Positions 1 to 9,092 of a DNA stretch of 34,472 nucleotides are shown one piece after another. The first letter of the stretch is position 1. Each line of letters starts with the position of its first letter. The DNA is taken from the IMG/VR virus record IMGVR_UViG_3300005804_000122, positions 1-34,472 of that record. One strand, written 5' to 3'. The notes under the pieces were generated by a model. It worked only from the letters and a program-made list of their open reading frames with translations. It was not told where the DNA came from and did no database searches. A program made the translations under genes and the position numbers. This DNA is from a virus. Lineage: Duplodnaviria > Caudoviricetes.

Positions 1-435
1 TCACGCACGATTACGTTGAGACCCAGGTCCCTCATTCTCTGAATCAGCCACTCTCTGTTTTTTTTCACCAGGGTCGAGGTATTTCAGCTGGGTCTCAATC
101 ATTTCGATCTTCTTCTTATCCCCTTCCTCGATGATCCGTTCGAGCTTCGGGGTAAGCCTCTTCTTCAGCCGTTGTTCCGGGGTCATCTTGTCAATGGAGA
201 TGTAGGGCTCAGGTTCTTCCGCCACCGCCAGTGCCCGAGTTTCCCCCGTCAAAAGCCAATTCATATCAACTTCCGGGAACGCTCGTTTTAGCGAGCGCAA
301 GAAAGGGCTTCCAGGTTGCGTTTTGCCCTGTTCGATTTCGCTGATGTGACCTGATTTAGTAGACAACAGCGATGCAAAGGCCTGTTGTGACAAGCCTTTT
401 TCAGTTCTTACTTTTTTTATTCTGCTACCGATCAT
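1..435 (-). CDS. Phage repressor, XRE/Cro-CI HTH
   Basis: N-terminal IGSRIKKVRTEKGLSQQAFA..HISEIEQGKTQP..VDMNWLLTG; divergent from ner. Confidence 0.9.
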   Translation of the reverse strand: MIGSRIKKVRTEKGLSQQAFASLLSTKSGHISEIEQGKTQPGSPFLRSLKRAFPEVDMNWLLTGETRALAVAEEPEPYISIDKMTPEQRLKKRLTPKLERIIEEGDKKKIEMIETQLKYLDPGEKKQRVADSENEGPGSQRNRA

Positions 436-439
436 GTTT

Positions 440-486
440 GCTCGTAATCACGATATTTTTGTGTTGACAACGCTCGTAATACCGAG
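440..486. promoter_or_regulatory. Two putative repressor operators TCG-TAATnn-CGA
   Basis: GCTCGTAATCACGA (440-453) and GCTCGTAATACCGAG (472-486); the second lies between the -35 and -10 boxes. Confidence 0.6.
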
Positions 487-492
487 TAAATT
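464..492 (+). promoter_or_regulatory. Early (Pe-like) sigma70 promoter
   Basis: TTGACA 464-469, 17-bp spacer, TAAATT 487-492, upstream of ner. Confidence 0.7.
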
Positions 493-590
493 TCCATTGT
501 CAGTTTTAAATATCAAATTTAGACAGTCAAAAAAAAGGGTCAATCCCGGTCGTCGAAATCTGGTGGTGGCAGGTCCACAAGGAGCAAGCT

Positions 591-920
591 ATGAGCGTCT
601 CATCCCACAACAAATCACCCCGCCAGGACTGGCACCCGGCCGACATCAAGGCGGCCCTGGCCAAGGCCGGGTACTCCTTCGCCCGGCTGGCCCGCGAGAA
701 TGGATATGCGGACAACTCGCCCAACATGGTGCTGCACAAGCCGTGGTCGCAGATAGAGGCTCTCATATCCAGGATTATCAAGGTGCCCGCGGCAGAGATC
801 TGGCCGTCACGCTACGACCGGCGCGGAAGGCCGCTGAAGGCGCGGACTTCTAGGGTTAATCCACGGTCGAGAACTCAAACTGAGAGAGTAGCAAAAAGGT
901 CAACGGTTAGCAATGTCTAA
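591..920 (+). CDS. ner: Ner/Nlp-family DNA-binding regulator
   Basis: DWHPADIKAAL..SFARLAR..EIWPSRY signature; position opposite the repressor. Confidence 0.9.
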   Translation: MSVSSHNKSPRQDWHPADIKAALAKAGYSFARLARENGYADNSPNMVLHKPWSQIEALISRIIKVPAAEIWPSRYDRRGRPLKARTSRVNPRSRTQTERVAKRSTVSNV

Positions 921-1383
921 ACGTCGCGGGAAATCAGACAGCGGGCAGCTGTCCCTTCTCGACATGATTAAACGCGCCGAGGAGCTGCGGGAGACGCCCT
1001 TCCAGGTGGGAAGCCTCAATATCGAGGCCAAACTGCGGCAGTCGCTTTCCGACGCTATCAAGGACTGTCCGCTCTCGCTGCACCAGATCGCGGGGGAGAT
1101 GAGTCACCTGCTGGGCGAGACCATCACCGGCGACATGATCTACACCTGGACCGCGGAGAGCAAGACCAAGCACCAGATATGGGGCTCGCGGCTGGCGGCC
1201 TTCTGCCGGGCTACCGGGTACCGCCGGCCGCTGGAGATCGTGAACGAGGCGGCAGGCATGTTCTGCCTTCCCGGTCCGGAGGCGCTCAGGGCCGAGATTC
1301 AGCGGCTTCGAGAAGAGGAAAGGAAAGCGGCCGCCGAGCGGCGGAAAAGGGAGCTGTTCCTGAAGGAGATGGAGGGGAAATGA
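913..1383 (+). CDS. Phage regulatory protein (CII-like HTH), hypothetical
   Basis: Overlaps ner stop; HTH-like SLHQIAGEMSHLLG; coiled-coil C-terminus. Confidence 0.6.
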   Translation: MSKRRGKSDSGQLSLLDMIKRAEELRETPFQVGSLNIEAKLRQSLSDAIKDCPLSLHQIAGEMSHLLGETITGDMIYTWTAESKTKHQIWGSRLAAFCRATGYRRPLEIVNEAAGMFCLPGPEALRAEIQRLREEERKAAAERRKRELFLKEMEGK

Positions 1384-1532
1384 CCATCCACTACAACAAC
1401 GCGCTGCGGCCGGAGGAGAACAGCTGCCCGATATGCCATCCCGGCGGGAGCGGCCACCGGAGCACCACGGATATCGAGCGGGTAACGTGCCGGCGCTGCC
1501 TGCGCATACTCGGCAAGGGAGGAAAGCGATGA
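1380..1532 (+). CDS. Small zinc-finger-like protein (50 aa)
   Basis: GGAGG RBS, ATGA overlap at both ends, CPIC..CRRC. Confidence 0.6.
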   Translation: MTIHYNNALRPEENSCPICHPGGSGHRSTTDIERVTCRRCLRILGKGGKR

Positions 1533-1822
1533 GCAAATCTTACAACCCGGTCCAGTCGGACTACAAATTCATCGACATCATCGAGTACCTGCACCAGCAG
1601 ACCGGCCCGGTATCGGGCGCGCAGATCTCCCGGGCGCTGGAAATACCGCACGCCACGGTAATGAGTCACCTGGTGGTGGCCCTGGACCGCAAGTGGGTGC
1701 GCCAGAACGGCGACCTGTACGAACCCGGGATTCGGCTGGCGGGGATGTATTCGGCGTACAAACTGGGCCTGCAGACGAAGATCGAAACGATGCAGGGCGA
1801 GCTGGACCAGCTGGAGGCGTGA
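1529..1822 (+). CDS. IclR-type winged-HTH protein (97 aa)
   Basis: PVQS..FIDIIEYL..PVSGAQISRALEIPHATV..WVRQ..YEPG; GGAGG RBS before ATG 1529. Confidence 0.75.
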   Translation: MSKSYNPVQSDYKFIDIIEYLHQQTGPVSGAQISRALEIPHATVMSHLVVALDRKWVRQNGDLYEPGIRLAGMYSAYKLGLQTKIETMQGELDQLEA

Positions 1823-1823
1823 A

Positions 1824-3128
1824 ATGGCAAAGAAACTGACGTTAGCCTGTCGCGTGTGTCATGCGGCCTCCGGGTGCAAACAATGCTGCAGCAACTGTGA
1901 CGACCCCTGCAACGCAAAACAGAATTGCAGCATGGGAGAGAATATTCACGACCTGATTACCCGCGCCGAGGCGCTTGGTGTCGGCAAACCAGATATCCCG
2001 AAGGGAGAAAGCATGCAAAGTGAGATTGAGGGCCGCGTTGACCGGACCGGGCAGAATTACCAGAGAAGCAGGGACCTGAACTGCCTGACCAGCGTTCCGG
2101 ACGGAGACGTGAATTTCAAAGGCGCCTTGGAGCGGGCCGACGAGGAGCTGCTCCGTGCCGCTCTTGAGGAGATAAAGGGTAAACCTGAGAACAAAACCCG
2201 TGAACTGGCCCTGGCCCGCCAGTTGAGGAAGCTCCTGGGGAAGAACCTGGACCAGGCCAGCGAGACCAAAAACATCCATAACCGCGCCATGGCAATGACT
2301 CAGGGAGAAATCCAGGCCGAACAGGACCGCTTTCAGCAGGAGCAGGCCGAGCGGGAGGAACGGGAGCGGTTGATCGCCGAATATCACGATGTCGCAGGCC
2401 GGATTAAGGGCGTCAAGATGGTGGCAGATTTCGCTAACGTTAGCGGTTTGCTCTGGATTCAGCAGGTGCGGGAACGGAAACTCTACCGGGAGATTCCGGG
2501 GGTTGGAACCTGGGAAAAGTTTTGTGATTCCATAGGGATGTCTCGCCAAAAGGCCGAAGAAGACCTGAAAAATCTCGTCGCATTCGGTGAGGCATTTACG
2601 ACGACGGTTAGCGCTTTTGGTGTCGGTTACCGCGAACTCCGCAAGCTCCGTCAGCTCACCAACGACGGCGCCGTCCTGATTGAGGACAATGTCATCACCA
2701 TCGGCGAGGAGGCCATCCCCATCGACCCCGATCATGCCGACGAGCTGCATGCGGCCATTGAAAAGGTCATTGAACAGAATACCGATCTCTCCGCCCGGGT
2801 TGAGAAGCTGGAGAAGCAGAAAGACGCCATCGTCGCCGAGGAAACAAAGGGGCTGAAGACGGAGGTGAAGGCCCTGGTCAAGCGGGTGAAGGAGCTGGAG
2901 GTCCTCGAAGCCGGCCAGGACCTGCCGCCGGAACAGTTCGAAGGGCAGTTTGACGAGATCCGCGAATCCCTTATTCACACCGCGACGCTCATCGGCAGAC
3001 TGATCATCATCGACGGCCTTGAGAACAATCCGGAGCTGGCGGCCCGAGTGGAGGGGCTGGTGGCAGAGACCGAGGCGCAGGCCGCGTTTCTCCGGCGGCA
3101 GTGGACTGACAAACTTCAACTCTTCTAA
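1824..3128 (+). CDS. Mu-like phage early protein (DUF3102-like core) with Cys-rich N-terminus
   Basis: TWEKFC..IGMSRQKAEEDLKNL..FGE..GVGYRELRKL core, coiled coils; immediately upstream of transposase. Confidence 0.65.
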   Translation: MAKKLTLACRVCHAASGCKQCCSNCDDPCNAKQNCSMGENIHDLITRAEALGVGKPDIPKGESMQSEIEGRVDRTGQNYQRSRDLNCLTSVPDGDVNFKGALERADEELLRAALEEIKGKPENKTRELALARQLRKLLGKNLDQASETKNIHNRAMAMTQGEIQAEQDRFQQEQAEREERERLIAEYHDVAGRIKGVKMVADFANVSGLLWIQQVRERKLYREIPGVGTWEKFCDSIGMSRQKAEEDLKNLVAFGEAFTTTVSAFGVGYRELRKLRQLTNDGAVLIEDNVITIGEEAIPIDPDHADELHAAIEKVIEQNTDLSARVEKLEKQKDAIVAEETKGLKTEVKALVKRVKELEVLEAGQDLPPEQFEGQFDEIRESLIHTATLIGRLIIIDGLENNPELAARVEGLVAETEAQAAFLRRQWTDKLQLF

Positions 3129-3140
3129 TCCGAGGCGGAC

Positions 3141-4727
3141 ATGATCGAAGCGGCGACCCTGCAGATGGTGAAACGTGACCTGGAACGCGCCCCGCACGGC
3201 GGCAAGACCCACCTGGCGAAGAAATGGGCGAAGTGCCTGAAGATGAGCGTGCAGACCCTTTACCGACACCTGGAAATTGGCCAGGAACGCCAGGGCGAAC
3301 GGCAGATCAAGGGTATCGAAGCCGCGGCCCGGCTGATAGCTCAGCTCAAGGTCCGCCCCCCCGAGCACCGGGGGCGCATCAGCACGGCACAGGCGGTAAA
3401 GAACGCCCTGGATAACGGCATCCTGGAAGAGCGCTTCGCCTCCGTATCGGTCGGTACCTGGGACCGGGTGATCCGCGAGACGGTCAATCTGTCGGAGCGG
3501 CGCCGGGTGGTGCGCTACCAGGCAGACTACCCCAACCAATTGCATCATGTGGACGGCTCCACCTCCTCATGCTTCTACGTTCACCGGCGCACGGATGACG
3601 GCGAGTACATCTATCGCATCCACAAGGGGCTCAAAGATTACAAAAACAAGCCGGTGCCGATACGCCTCAGGCCATGGATCTACGGCATGACCGACGACCA
3701 TTCGGGCGTGCACTGTTTCCGCTATGTCGCGGCCCTGGGAGAGAACAGCGTGGACAACGTTCAGTTCCTCGACTGGGCTTGGCGCAACCGCACGGACAAA
3801 GAGTTCTTCGGGCTGCCGGAAAAGATCAAGGGGGACCATGGTCCGATGATGAGCGAGGAGGCGGCACGGGCCTGGTTCGGCCTCTGCAGGATTGATATCG
3901 ACCCCTCCACCCCCCTGAACAAAGAAGCCCACGGAAAGATCGAGCGGCCATGGCGCACGGTCTGGCAGTCTTTCGAGCTCCCCTTCTTCATGGAAAGCGA
4001 CTGGAAACGGTTCGAGATTGCCGAAACCGAGCTGAACCGCCGGGCGCTGCTGTTCCAGGCCGAATACAACAGCCGGCCGCACCGGTGGGAACGTGCTTTC
4101 AGCAGGCTCCAGGTGTGGGAGAGGATCAACCTGAGGGGCGGCGCCGTGGCCCTGCCCGAGAACGCCCTGGCGGCCTTTGCGCGCAGGATCGAGCGTACCG
4201 TGACCCAGGAGGGGGTGATCTGGCTGGATAACACACCCTACGAGGTCAAGGGGCTGCACGATGCCAAGGTGTGGGTGTTCCAGGGAATCTTTGACGACCG
4301 GATGAGCGTCGTGTGCCAGAAGACCGGCACACGCTACGAGGTGGAGGGAGTCTTCCAGCCCAACAGCCTGGGCGAATTCCATTCGCCGCCACAGACCGAG
4401 GCGCAGCGGGTGCGCAAGGAAGCAGAGGAGATGGCGGGGATCCGGAACCTCCTCTATCTGGAGCCGGAAGCGGCTGCGACAAATGACAGGAAGGTGGTCA
4501 AGATGGCAACCAAAGTGAAGGAAGTCCGCAAAATCGACAACCCGCTGGACCTGGACACCTACCCCGACGACGATACGGCAATCCGCGATTTTCAGTCCCT
4601 GGTCGGGTTCTTCCTGGTCGGGGAGGAGCGGGCGCAGGTGGCGGCGATTATCAGTGAAAACGGCCTGTCGCGGCGGTTCGTGGCCGAGCTGGCGGGAGAG
4701 GTTCAACTGGCAAGGGCTGCAATGTAG
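3141..4727 (+). CDS. Mu-like DDE transposase (MuA analogue)
   Basis: PNQLHHVD, DDHSG, GDHG, GKIERPW integrase-core motifs; followed by AAA ATPase. Confidence 0.9.
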   Translation: MIEAATLQMVKRDLERAPHGGKTHLAKKWAKCLKMSVQTLYRHLEIGQERQGERQIKGIEAAARLIAQLKVRPPEHRGRISTAQAVKNALDNGILEERFASVSVGTWDRVIRETVNLSERRRVVRYQADYPNQLHHVDGSTSSCFYVHRRTDDGEYIYRIHKGLKDYKNKPVPIRLRPWIYGMTDDHSGVHCFRYVAALGENSVDNVQFLDWAWRNRTDKEFFGLPEKIKGDHGPMMSEEAARAWFGLCRIDIDPSTPLNKEAHGKIERPWRTVWQSFELPFFMESDWKRFEIAETELNRRALLFQAEYNSRPHRWERAFSRLQVWERINLRGGAVALPENALAAFARRIERTVTQEGVIWLDNTPYEVKGLHDAKVWVFQGIFDDRMSVVCQKTGTRYEVEGVFQPNSLGEFHSPPQTEAQRVRKEAEEMAGIRNLLYLEPEAAATNDRKVVKMATKVKEVRKIDNPLDLDTYPDDDTAIRDFQSLVGFFLVGEERAQVAAIISENGLSRRFVAELAGEVQLARAAM

Positions 4728-4783
4728 ATGAAAAGCAAAACCCCCTGGTAGCGGCCAGAGGGCATCAGAAAGGAGGACATCAC

Positions 4784-5695
4784 ATGAACGGCAGTATGAC
4801 GAAGCTGGAAACGTTTGTCAACCTCGGGTACAGGAAGGACCCCTTTGCCGGGGTCTCCTTCGAGACCTCGGACATGGCGCGGGTGCGCCGCATCATCACC
4901 ATGGCCGTGGAATCGTGCGCCATGGTGAGCGTGGTCGGAGAGCGCGGCATCGGCAAGAGCGACGCGGTCAAGGCCGCTCTCAAGAAGCAGAAGATCCAGC
5001 TGGTCCGGGTGGAGCGGCTGGATTCGGAAAACCTGACCATCGGCGACATCCGGACCGCTCTGATAACCGACCTCTCCACCGAGGGGATCAAGCGGGGCGG
5101 CGAGCTGAGCAGCCGCCAGCTCCGGCGGATCGTGGGCGAGGCGGTCAAGAACCACAAGCAGAAGGTCGTGTTGATAATCGAGGAGGCGCAGCGCCTGCAT
5201 CCGAACACGCTTCGCAGCCTCAAGACCCTGCGGGAGATGGAATGGATGGGCGACCGCGAGCTGATGACCATCATTCTCGTGGCCCAGTCCGACCCCATGA
5301 ACCGGCCCGGCGTCTCCGAGGTGGCGCTCCGGAGCGACTGCGTGCGGATGCAGGGCCTGTCGCCGGCCGAGGCCGAGGGATACGTCTTGGCCACCATCGG
5401 CAAGCATTTCGAGGACGACGCCCGAGCCATCCTTTCCGACCTTCCCCAGGCCAGGAACTTCCTGGAGCTGCAGAGGCTCTGCGTGGAGCTTTTGAACCTG
5501 GCCCTGGCTGACGGCCGGGAGCGGGTATCGGCCGAGGACGTGCGCGCCATCGCGGCCAACCAGGGACAGCCCCTGCCGAAGAGCACTCCCCGCAGGCAAC
5601 AGGCCCCGGTGACCGGCGCGGACGCGCTGAAATCGGTCCTCGGCAGGCGCACCGGCGAGGCGGCGGACGACAAGAAGGAGGCGGCCGCATGCTGA
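4784..5695 (+). CDS. Transposition AAA+ ATPase (MuB/ExeA-like)
   Basis: Walker A GERGIGKS, Walker B LIIEEAQRL; AGGAGG RBS. Confidence 0.9.
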   Translation: MNGSMTKLETFVNLGYRKDPFAGVSFETSDMARVRRIITMAVESCAMVSVVGERGIGKSDAVKAALKKQKIQLVRVERLDSENLTIGDIRTALITDLSTEGIKRGGELSSRQLRRIVGEAVKNHKQKVVLIIEEAQRLHPNTLRSLKTLREMEWMGDRELMTIILVAQSDPMNRPGVSEVALRSDCVRMQGLSPAEAEGYVLATIGKHFEDDARAILSDLPQARNFLELQRLCVELLNLALADGRERVSAEDVRAIAANQGQPLPKSTPRRQQAPVTGADALKSVLGRRTGEAADDKKEAAAC

Positions 5696-6129
5696 GACTC
5701 AAACAGGCGTTAATCGATTGCGGCATCCAACAGAAGGCGGTGGTGGCGTACACCGGGTTCGGCAAGACGCAGGTCTCCCTTTCCCTTTCGTCAGGGAAGC
5801 TCCCGGCGGACGCGGAGAGGTTCAAGGATGGGGTGGTGAAACTTGTTGGGGAGTCCAAGCTTTTCGCGTGGCTGGATGAGCACGGGATGAACGTGGATCA
5901 GCTTTTCGAGGATGTGGGAAATCCCCCCCGGTCCCCCTTTCATGAAGTGGGGAGTGAGGAAGACCTGAATCAGTCGCTGTACAACATTGCCGGACGGGCA
6001 GCCCTGGACGGCGGGCTCAGTCGCACGACGGCGCTGCGGCTGGTGAGAGCGGTCCATTTCCTGAGCCTTACGGCTCGGCCCGAGCTGGCCAGGGAGGCGG
6101 CCGTCATACTGGCGGGAGGTGGGTCATGA
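5689..6129 (+). CDS. HTH-containing hypothetical protein
   Basis: LKQALIDCGIQQKAVV..FGKTQVSL HTH-like; AGGAGG RBS; overlap-coupled. Confidence 0.6.
   Translation: MLRLKQALIDCGIQQKAVVAYTGFGKTQVSLSLSSGKLPADAERFKDGVVKLVGESKLFAWLDEHGMNVDQLFEDVGNPPRSPFHEVGSEEDLNQSLYNIAGRAALDGGLSRTTALRLVRAVHFLSLTARPELAREAAVILAGGGS
5919..5955. repeat. AAATCCCCCC..CCCCCTTT..AAGTGGGG palindromic repeat, copy 1 (inside CDS)
   Basis: Imperfect palindrome 5932-5953; second copy at 16848-16892. Confidence 0.65.
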
Positions 6130-6347
6130 GGCGCCCCCGTTGTTCAAAGTGCGGCGGCCTGATGCTGCCGGAGACCACCCTGGCAGGCGACGGCGAGACC
6201 CCGGTGGTGATATCGGTCGGCTGCATCAATTGCGGAGAGAGGTTCTTCAGAGGGGTCGAGCGCCGCAGGGTGAACGGCGAGGACCTGAAGAGCTGCCCGG
6301 CTTCATCGACCAAGAGTCGTCGGGGGATAGAGACATGCTGCGGATAG
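6126..6347 (+). CDS. Zinc-ribbon hypothetical protein
   Basis: CSKCGG..CINCG; ATGA overlap, GGAGG RBS. Confidence 0.65.
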   Translation: MRRPRCSKCGGLMLPETTLAGDGETPVVISVGCINCGERFFRGVERRRVNGEDLKSCPASSTKSRRGIETCCG

Positions 6348-6466
6348 CGATCTGGTACCTGGTGGTTGCGGCGCTGGCCCTGCTCTTTTGGTATCCGTAC
6401 GGCAGAACCGCCAAGCGGGCCGACCAGGAAGCGGAGGAGCTGCTCACGGAGCTTGTACACATTTGA
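6335..6466 (+). CDS. Small membrane protein (43 aa)
   Basis: MLRIAIWYLVVAALALLFWYP hydrophobic segment. Confidence 0.5.
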   Translation: MLRIAIWYLVVAALALLFWYPYGRTAKRADQEAEELLTELVHI

Positions 6467-6479
6467 GAGGAGGATCGAG

Positions 6480-6650
6480 ATGAAGAGACGGAATCAAGGA
6501 ATCGCGCGCAACCTGCTGAGCTGGCTCAAATACCGCAAATGGCGCAAGGAGCAGGCGGCGCGAGCGGCGTCCCTGGCGGTGCAGCTGGTGTGCTCCGGCA
6601 GCCTGGCTCCGCCGCGGCTGGTGGGGACCCGGCGGAGGGCCATAGCGTGA
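6480..6650 (+). CDS. Small basic hypothetical protein (56 aa)
   Basis: AGGAGG RBS before ATG 6480; GTGA overlap with next ORF. Confidence 0.55.
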   Translation: MKRRNQGIARNLLSWLKYRKWRKEQAARAASLAVQLVCSGSLAPPRLVGTRRRAIA

Positions 6651-6886
6651 GCGGCTGGGTCATAACAGCCATCCTGATCGCGCTCATGGCAGGCGCGTGC
6701 GGCGGATCGTGCTGGAGGGCCTGGCAGCAGTATCAGCGTGATGTGGCCGCCCTCGATGCCCGCGCCAGGGAGCACAACGCCAGGATGGACGCGCAGTTAG
6801 CGGCCCGCCTGGAAGAACTGGAGAAGCGCACGGAAGAGGTCAAGAGGCAGTTGAAAAAGAAGCGGTACCAAAAGGAGACGAGATGA
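6647..6886 (+). CDS. Membrane-anchored coiled-coil protein (79 aa)
   Basis: GTG start; WVITAILIALMAG TM then coiled coil; ATGA overlap downstream. Confidence 0.55.
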   Translation: MSGWVITAILIALMAGACGGSCWRAWQQYQRDVAALDARAREHNARMDAQLAARLEELEKRTEEVKRQLKKKRYQKETR

Positions 6887-7710
6887 ATTTCTACAGCTAC
6901 GCACCACATACCGGAATGCAGTACCACGAAACCGGCAAGGAGGCCAGGGAGGCCGCAAGCACGGCCCTCCGGGTGCTGGTCAACAACGGCGTCACCGGTC
7001 CCGAGCTCGACACCGTCACCTGGGGCGAGGTGACCGAACGGGCCGCGGGCGCCGAGGCCGGCCACGTCTTGAGAAGGCAGGAACGCCTGTGCTACGAGGC
7101 AACGCATCCCCAGGTGATCGACGGCCGGATGAAGAACGGCAACGACGACCTGGTCCTGGTCCGGAACATCCACGAGACCGACCTCCTGTACCACGACCTG
7201 GTCCTCTCCATCGCCCTGATCTGGAAGAGCCTGAGCGGCAAGATCCAGCGATTCAAGCAGTACAACTTCGAGGACGTCACCACGGTCCTGGCACTGCTGT
7301 TCGAGAAATACGGCGTGGAGCGCGGCGGCCGCGACGGCAACATGCAGTTCTTCACCTTCGACCGCAAGTTCAAGCTGGTCATCGCGGTGCAGAAAAAGAT
7401 CGACTTCGGCCCCGAGCTGCAGGCGGCGCAGGCGAAGCTGAACGCGGCCCTGGACCAGATGGCCGCGTCCGAATCGTCCGACCTCAAGACCCTGGTGGGC
7501 GGGGCCTTCACCCTGGTCGACGGCAAGCTGCGGGTGGCCGAAATCCTGCGGCTCCGCAGCTACCGGATCGAGAACCAGCTCTGGAACGAGGCCATGCGGA
7601 TCATAGACGATGCCATTGTCGTCATCAGCTGCAAGAAACAGATCCGCCTGTACGAGAGGAATACCCAGGGGCAGTACATTGCCATCCCGCTCGATATAGC
7701 GGGATTGTAG
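6883..7710 (+). CDS. DUF3164-family Mu-like phage protein with N-terminal extension
   Basis: GG.DGN..F.TFD..FGPELQAA..LRLR..W.EAM..IRLYER..YIAIPLDIA. Confidence 0.8.
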   Translation: MNFYSYAPHTGMQYHETGKEAREAASTALRVLVNNGVTGPELDTVTWGEVTERAAGAEAGHVLRRQERLCYEATHPQVIDGRMKNGNDDLVLVRNIHETDLLYHDLVLSIALIWKSLSGKIQRFKQYNFEDVTTVLALLFEKYGVERGGRDGNMQFFTFDRKFKLVIAVQKKIDFGPELQAAQAKLNAALDQMAASESSDLKTLVGGAFTLVDGKLRVAEILRLRSYRIENQLWNEAMRIIDDAIVVISCKKQIRLYERNTQGQYIAIPLDIAGL

Positions 7711-7720
7711 GGAGGGCGGC

Positions 7721-7912
7721 ATGTACTGTCCCATCTGCCTGGCGGACGTCCATGTGGAGAGGATCGAGGTCTCCCCGAGCCGGTTCATTACCGGCCCGGG
7801 GAAAGACGGCATCCAGGTCGAGTTTGAATGCCAGTGCTGCATGACGGCATTCATGGCGATACTGACGCCGAAATCATTCCTGGAGGTGAAGTGTGGGGGA
7901 ACGGAAGGTTGA
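7721..7912 (+). CDS. Zinc-ribbon hypothetical protein
   Basis: CPIC..CQCC; GGAGG RBS. Confidence 0.6.
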   Translation: MYCPICLADVHVERIEVSPSRFITGPGKDGIQVEFECQCCMTAFMAILTPKSFLEVKCGGTEG

Positions 7913-8075
7913 ACGTCAAATCGAGGGAATAGAGACCGTGGGGGCGTTGCGGGAGGCGCTGTCGGACCTGGGGCTGGTGGATGACGTGCCGATCGCTGAT
8001 ACCTTCGAGGATCCGATAATGCTGACTCTGTACAGGGATTCGGAGACATCCGAATTATCGCTGGAGATCATTTAG
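7893..8075 (+). CDS. Acidic hypothetical protein (60 aa)
   Basis: GGAGG RBS before GTG; in operon. Confidence 0.5.
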   Translation: MGERKVERQIEGIETVGALREALSDLGLVDDVPIADTFEDPIMLTLYRDSETSELSLEII

Positions 8076-8147
8076 CAGTTGACTGCTGAGGACAGGGCCG
8101 GAGATATCCGGCCCGCACTTGAACAGTCAAACGCAAGGAGGCGCACC

Positions 8148-8606
8148 ATGCGAGTTGTAGCCGGTGGGATCGTTATGAACGGGACCTTCTTCCACGTTGC
8201 GGAGCCGACGCGGAAACAGCCCGCCTCCCCATCACCGCTCGACGAATGGCTTGACCGGAACGGTTTTCTTTGCCGGTCATACGACGCCCGGATCTCGCGG
8301 CAGCAATGCGCCGCCAACCGCGACCAGGGCCTGTTCCTTTGCGGCAGCTGCACACAGGCGACAGCGGAAGTCCCCGCGAAACGGCGCGGACGGCCCCGGA
8401 AACCGGCTGAAATGGTCGGGGGGGGGGTAGACGTGGAATCCTTCGCAGCCGACCGGCATTTCCAGCAACAGGAAGAAGCCTATCACCAAGGCGAGAGAAT
8501 CCGCGACCTACTGCGGGATCCCGTCGTCCTGAACGTCTTGACCATCATGGCCGGCCGGGGCAACCGGCAGGCCGCTGAAATACTGGCAGCCAGGGGGCGC
8601 GCATGA
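8148..8606 (+). CDS. Hypothetical protein with Cys motifs and AT-hook
   Basis: AAGGAGG RBS before ATG 8148; Cys cluster followed by KRRGRPRK. Confidence 0.6.
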   Translation: MRVVAGGIVMNGTFFHVAEPTRKQPASPSPLDEWLDRNGFLCRSYDARISRQQCAANRDQGLFLCGSCTQATAEVPAKRRGRPRKPAEMVGGGVDVESFAADRHFQQQEEAYHQGERIRDLLRDPVVLNVLTIMAGRGNRQAAEILAARGRA

Positions 8607-8890
8607 AGCGAAGCAACGGCATCCATTACGCGAGGTTCGAGGACAGCGACCGGCTGCAGCGAGTCCTGGATTTGATGCTGGACGGCAAGCCGCGCACTAC
8701 CCGGGAGATCAGCCGCGGGGCCGAGGTGGAGGCAGTCAATTCGGTCGCCTGCGAGCTGCGGGCCAATGGCTTCGATCTGGTGTGCGTTCGCAAGGCCCGC
8801 CCGGCCATCTATCAGCTGTTCAACGTAGAGGCGGCGCATTGCCGGGCAACAATGCTGCTGGCAAAACGGCGCATGAAGGAGGCGGCATGA
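8603..8890 (+). CDS. Winged-HTH hypothetical protein
   Basis: RLQRVLDLMLDGKPRTTREI..AVNSVACELRANGF; ATGA overlaps. Confidence 0.65.
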   Translation: MKRSNGIHYARFEDSDRLQRVLDLMLDGKPRTTREISRGAEVEAVNSVACELRANGFDLVCVRKARPAIYQLFNVEAAHCRATMLLAKRRMKEAA

Positions 8891-9000
8891 ACGAGACGGA
8901 TCGGAGAATGTTGAAAGAGGCCCTTTTCTGTTTTGTCGTAGGCATGACTGTGAACATCGTCGGCCATATGGCGCTGTATTACTGGATTTGCAGGGGGTGA
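8887..9000 (+). CDS. Small membrane peptide (37 aa)
   Basis: AGGAGG RBS; ALFCFVVGMTVNIVGHMALYYW. Confidence 0.5.
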   Translation: MNETDRRMLKEALFCFVVGMTVNIVGHMALYYWICRG

Positions 9001-9092
9001 CATGGAAGATCCGAGAGAAACAGCCATATGCTGGTGCGCCGTAATCGTCCTCGTGGCGTCAACCTGACCGTGATTCTGCAGCAGCTGGGGCG

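Noticed and set aside
1425-1862. CxxCH heme-c motifs (CPICH, CRVCH)
   Set aside because: No signal peptides; extra Cys pairs favour cytoplasmic Zn-binding.
4742-4762. Hairpin between transposase and ATPase genes as a terminator
   Set aside because: Short imperfect stem with no downstream U-tract; function unsupported.
4784-5695. Type II secretion ExeA
   Set aside because: Directly follows the transposase in a phage early operon, so it is the MuB analogue.
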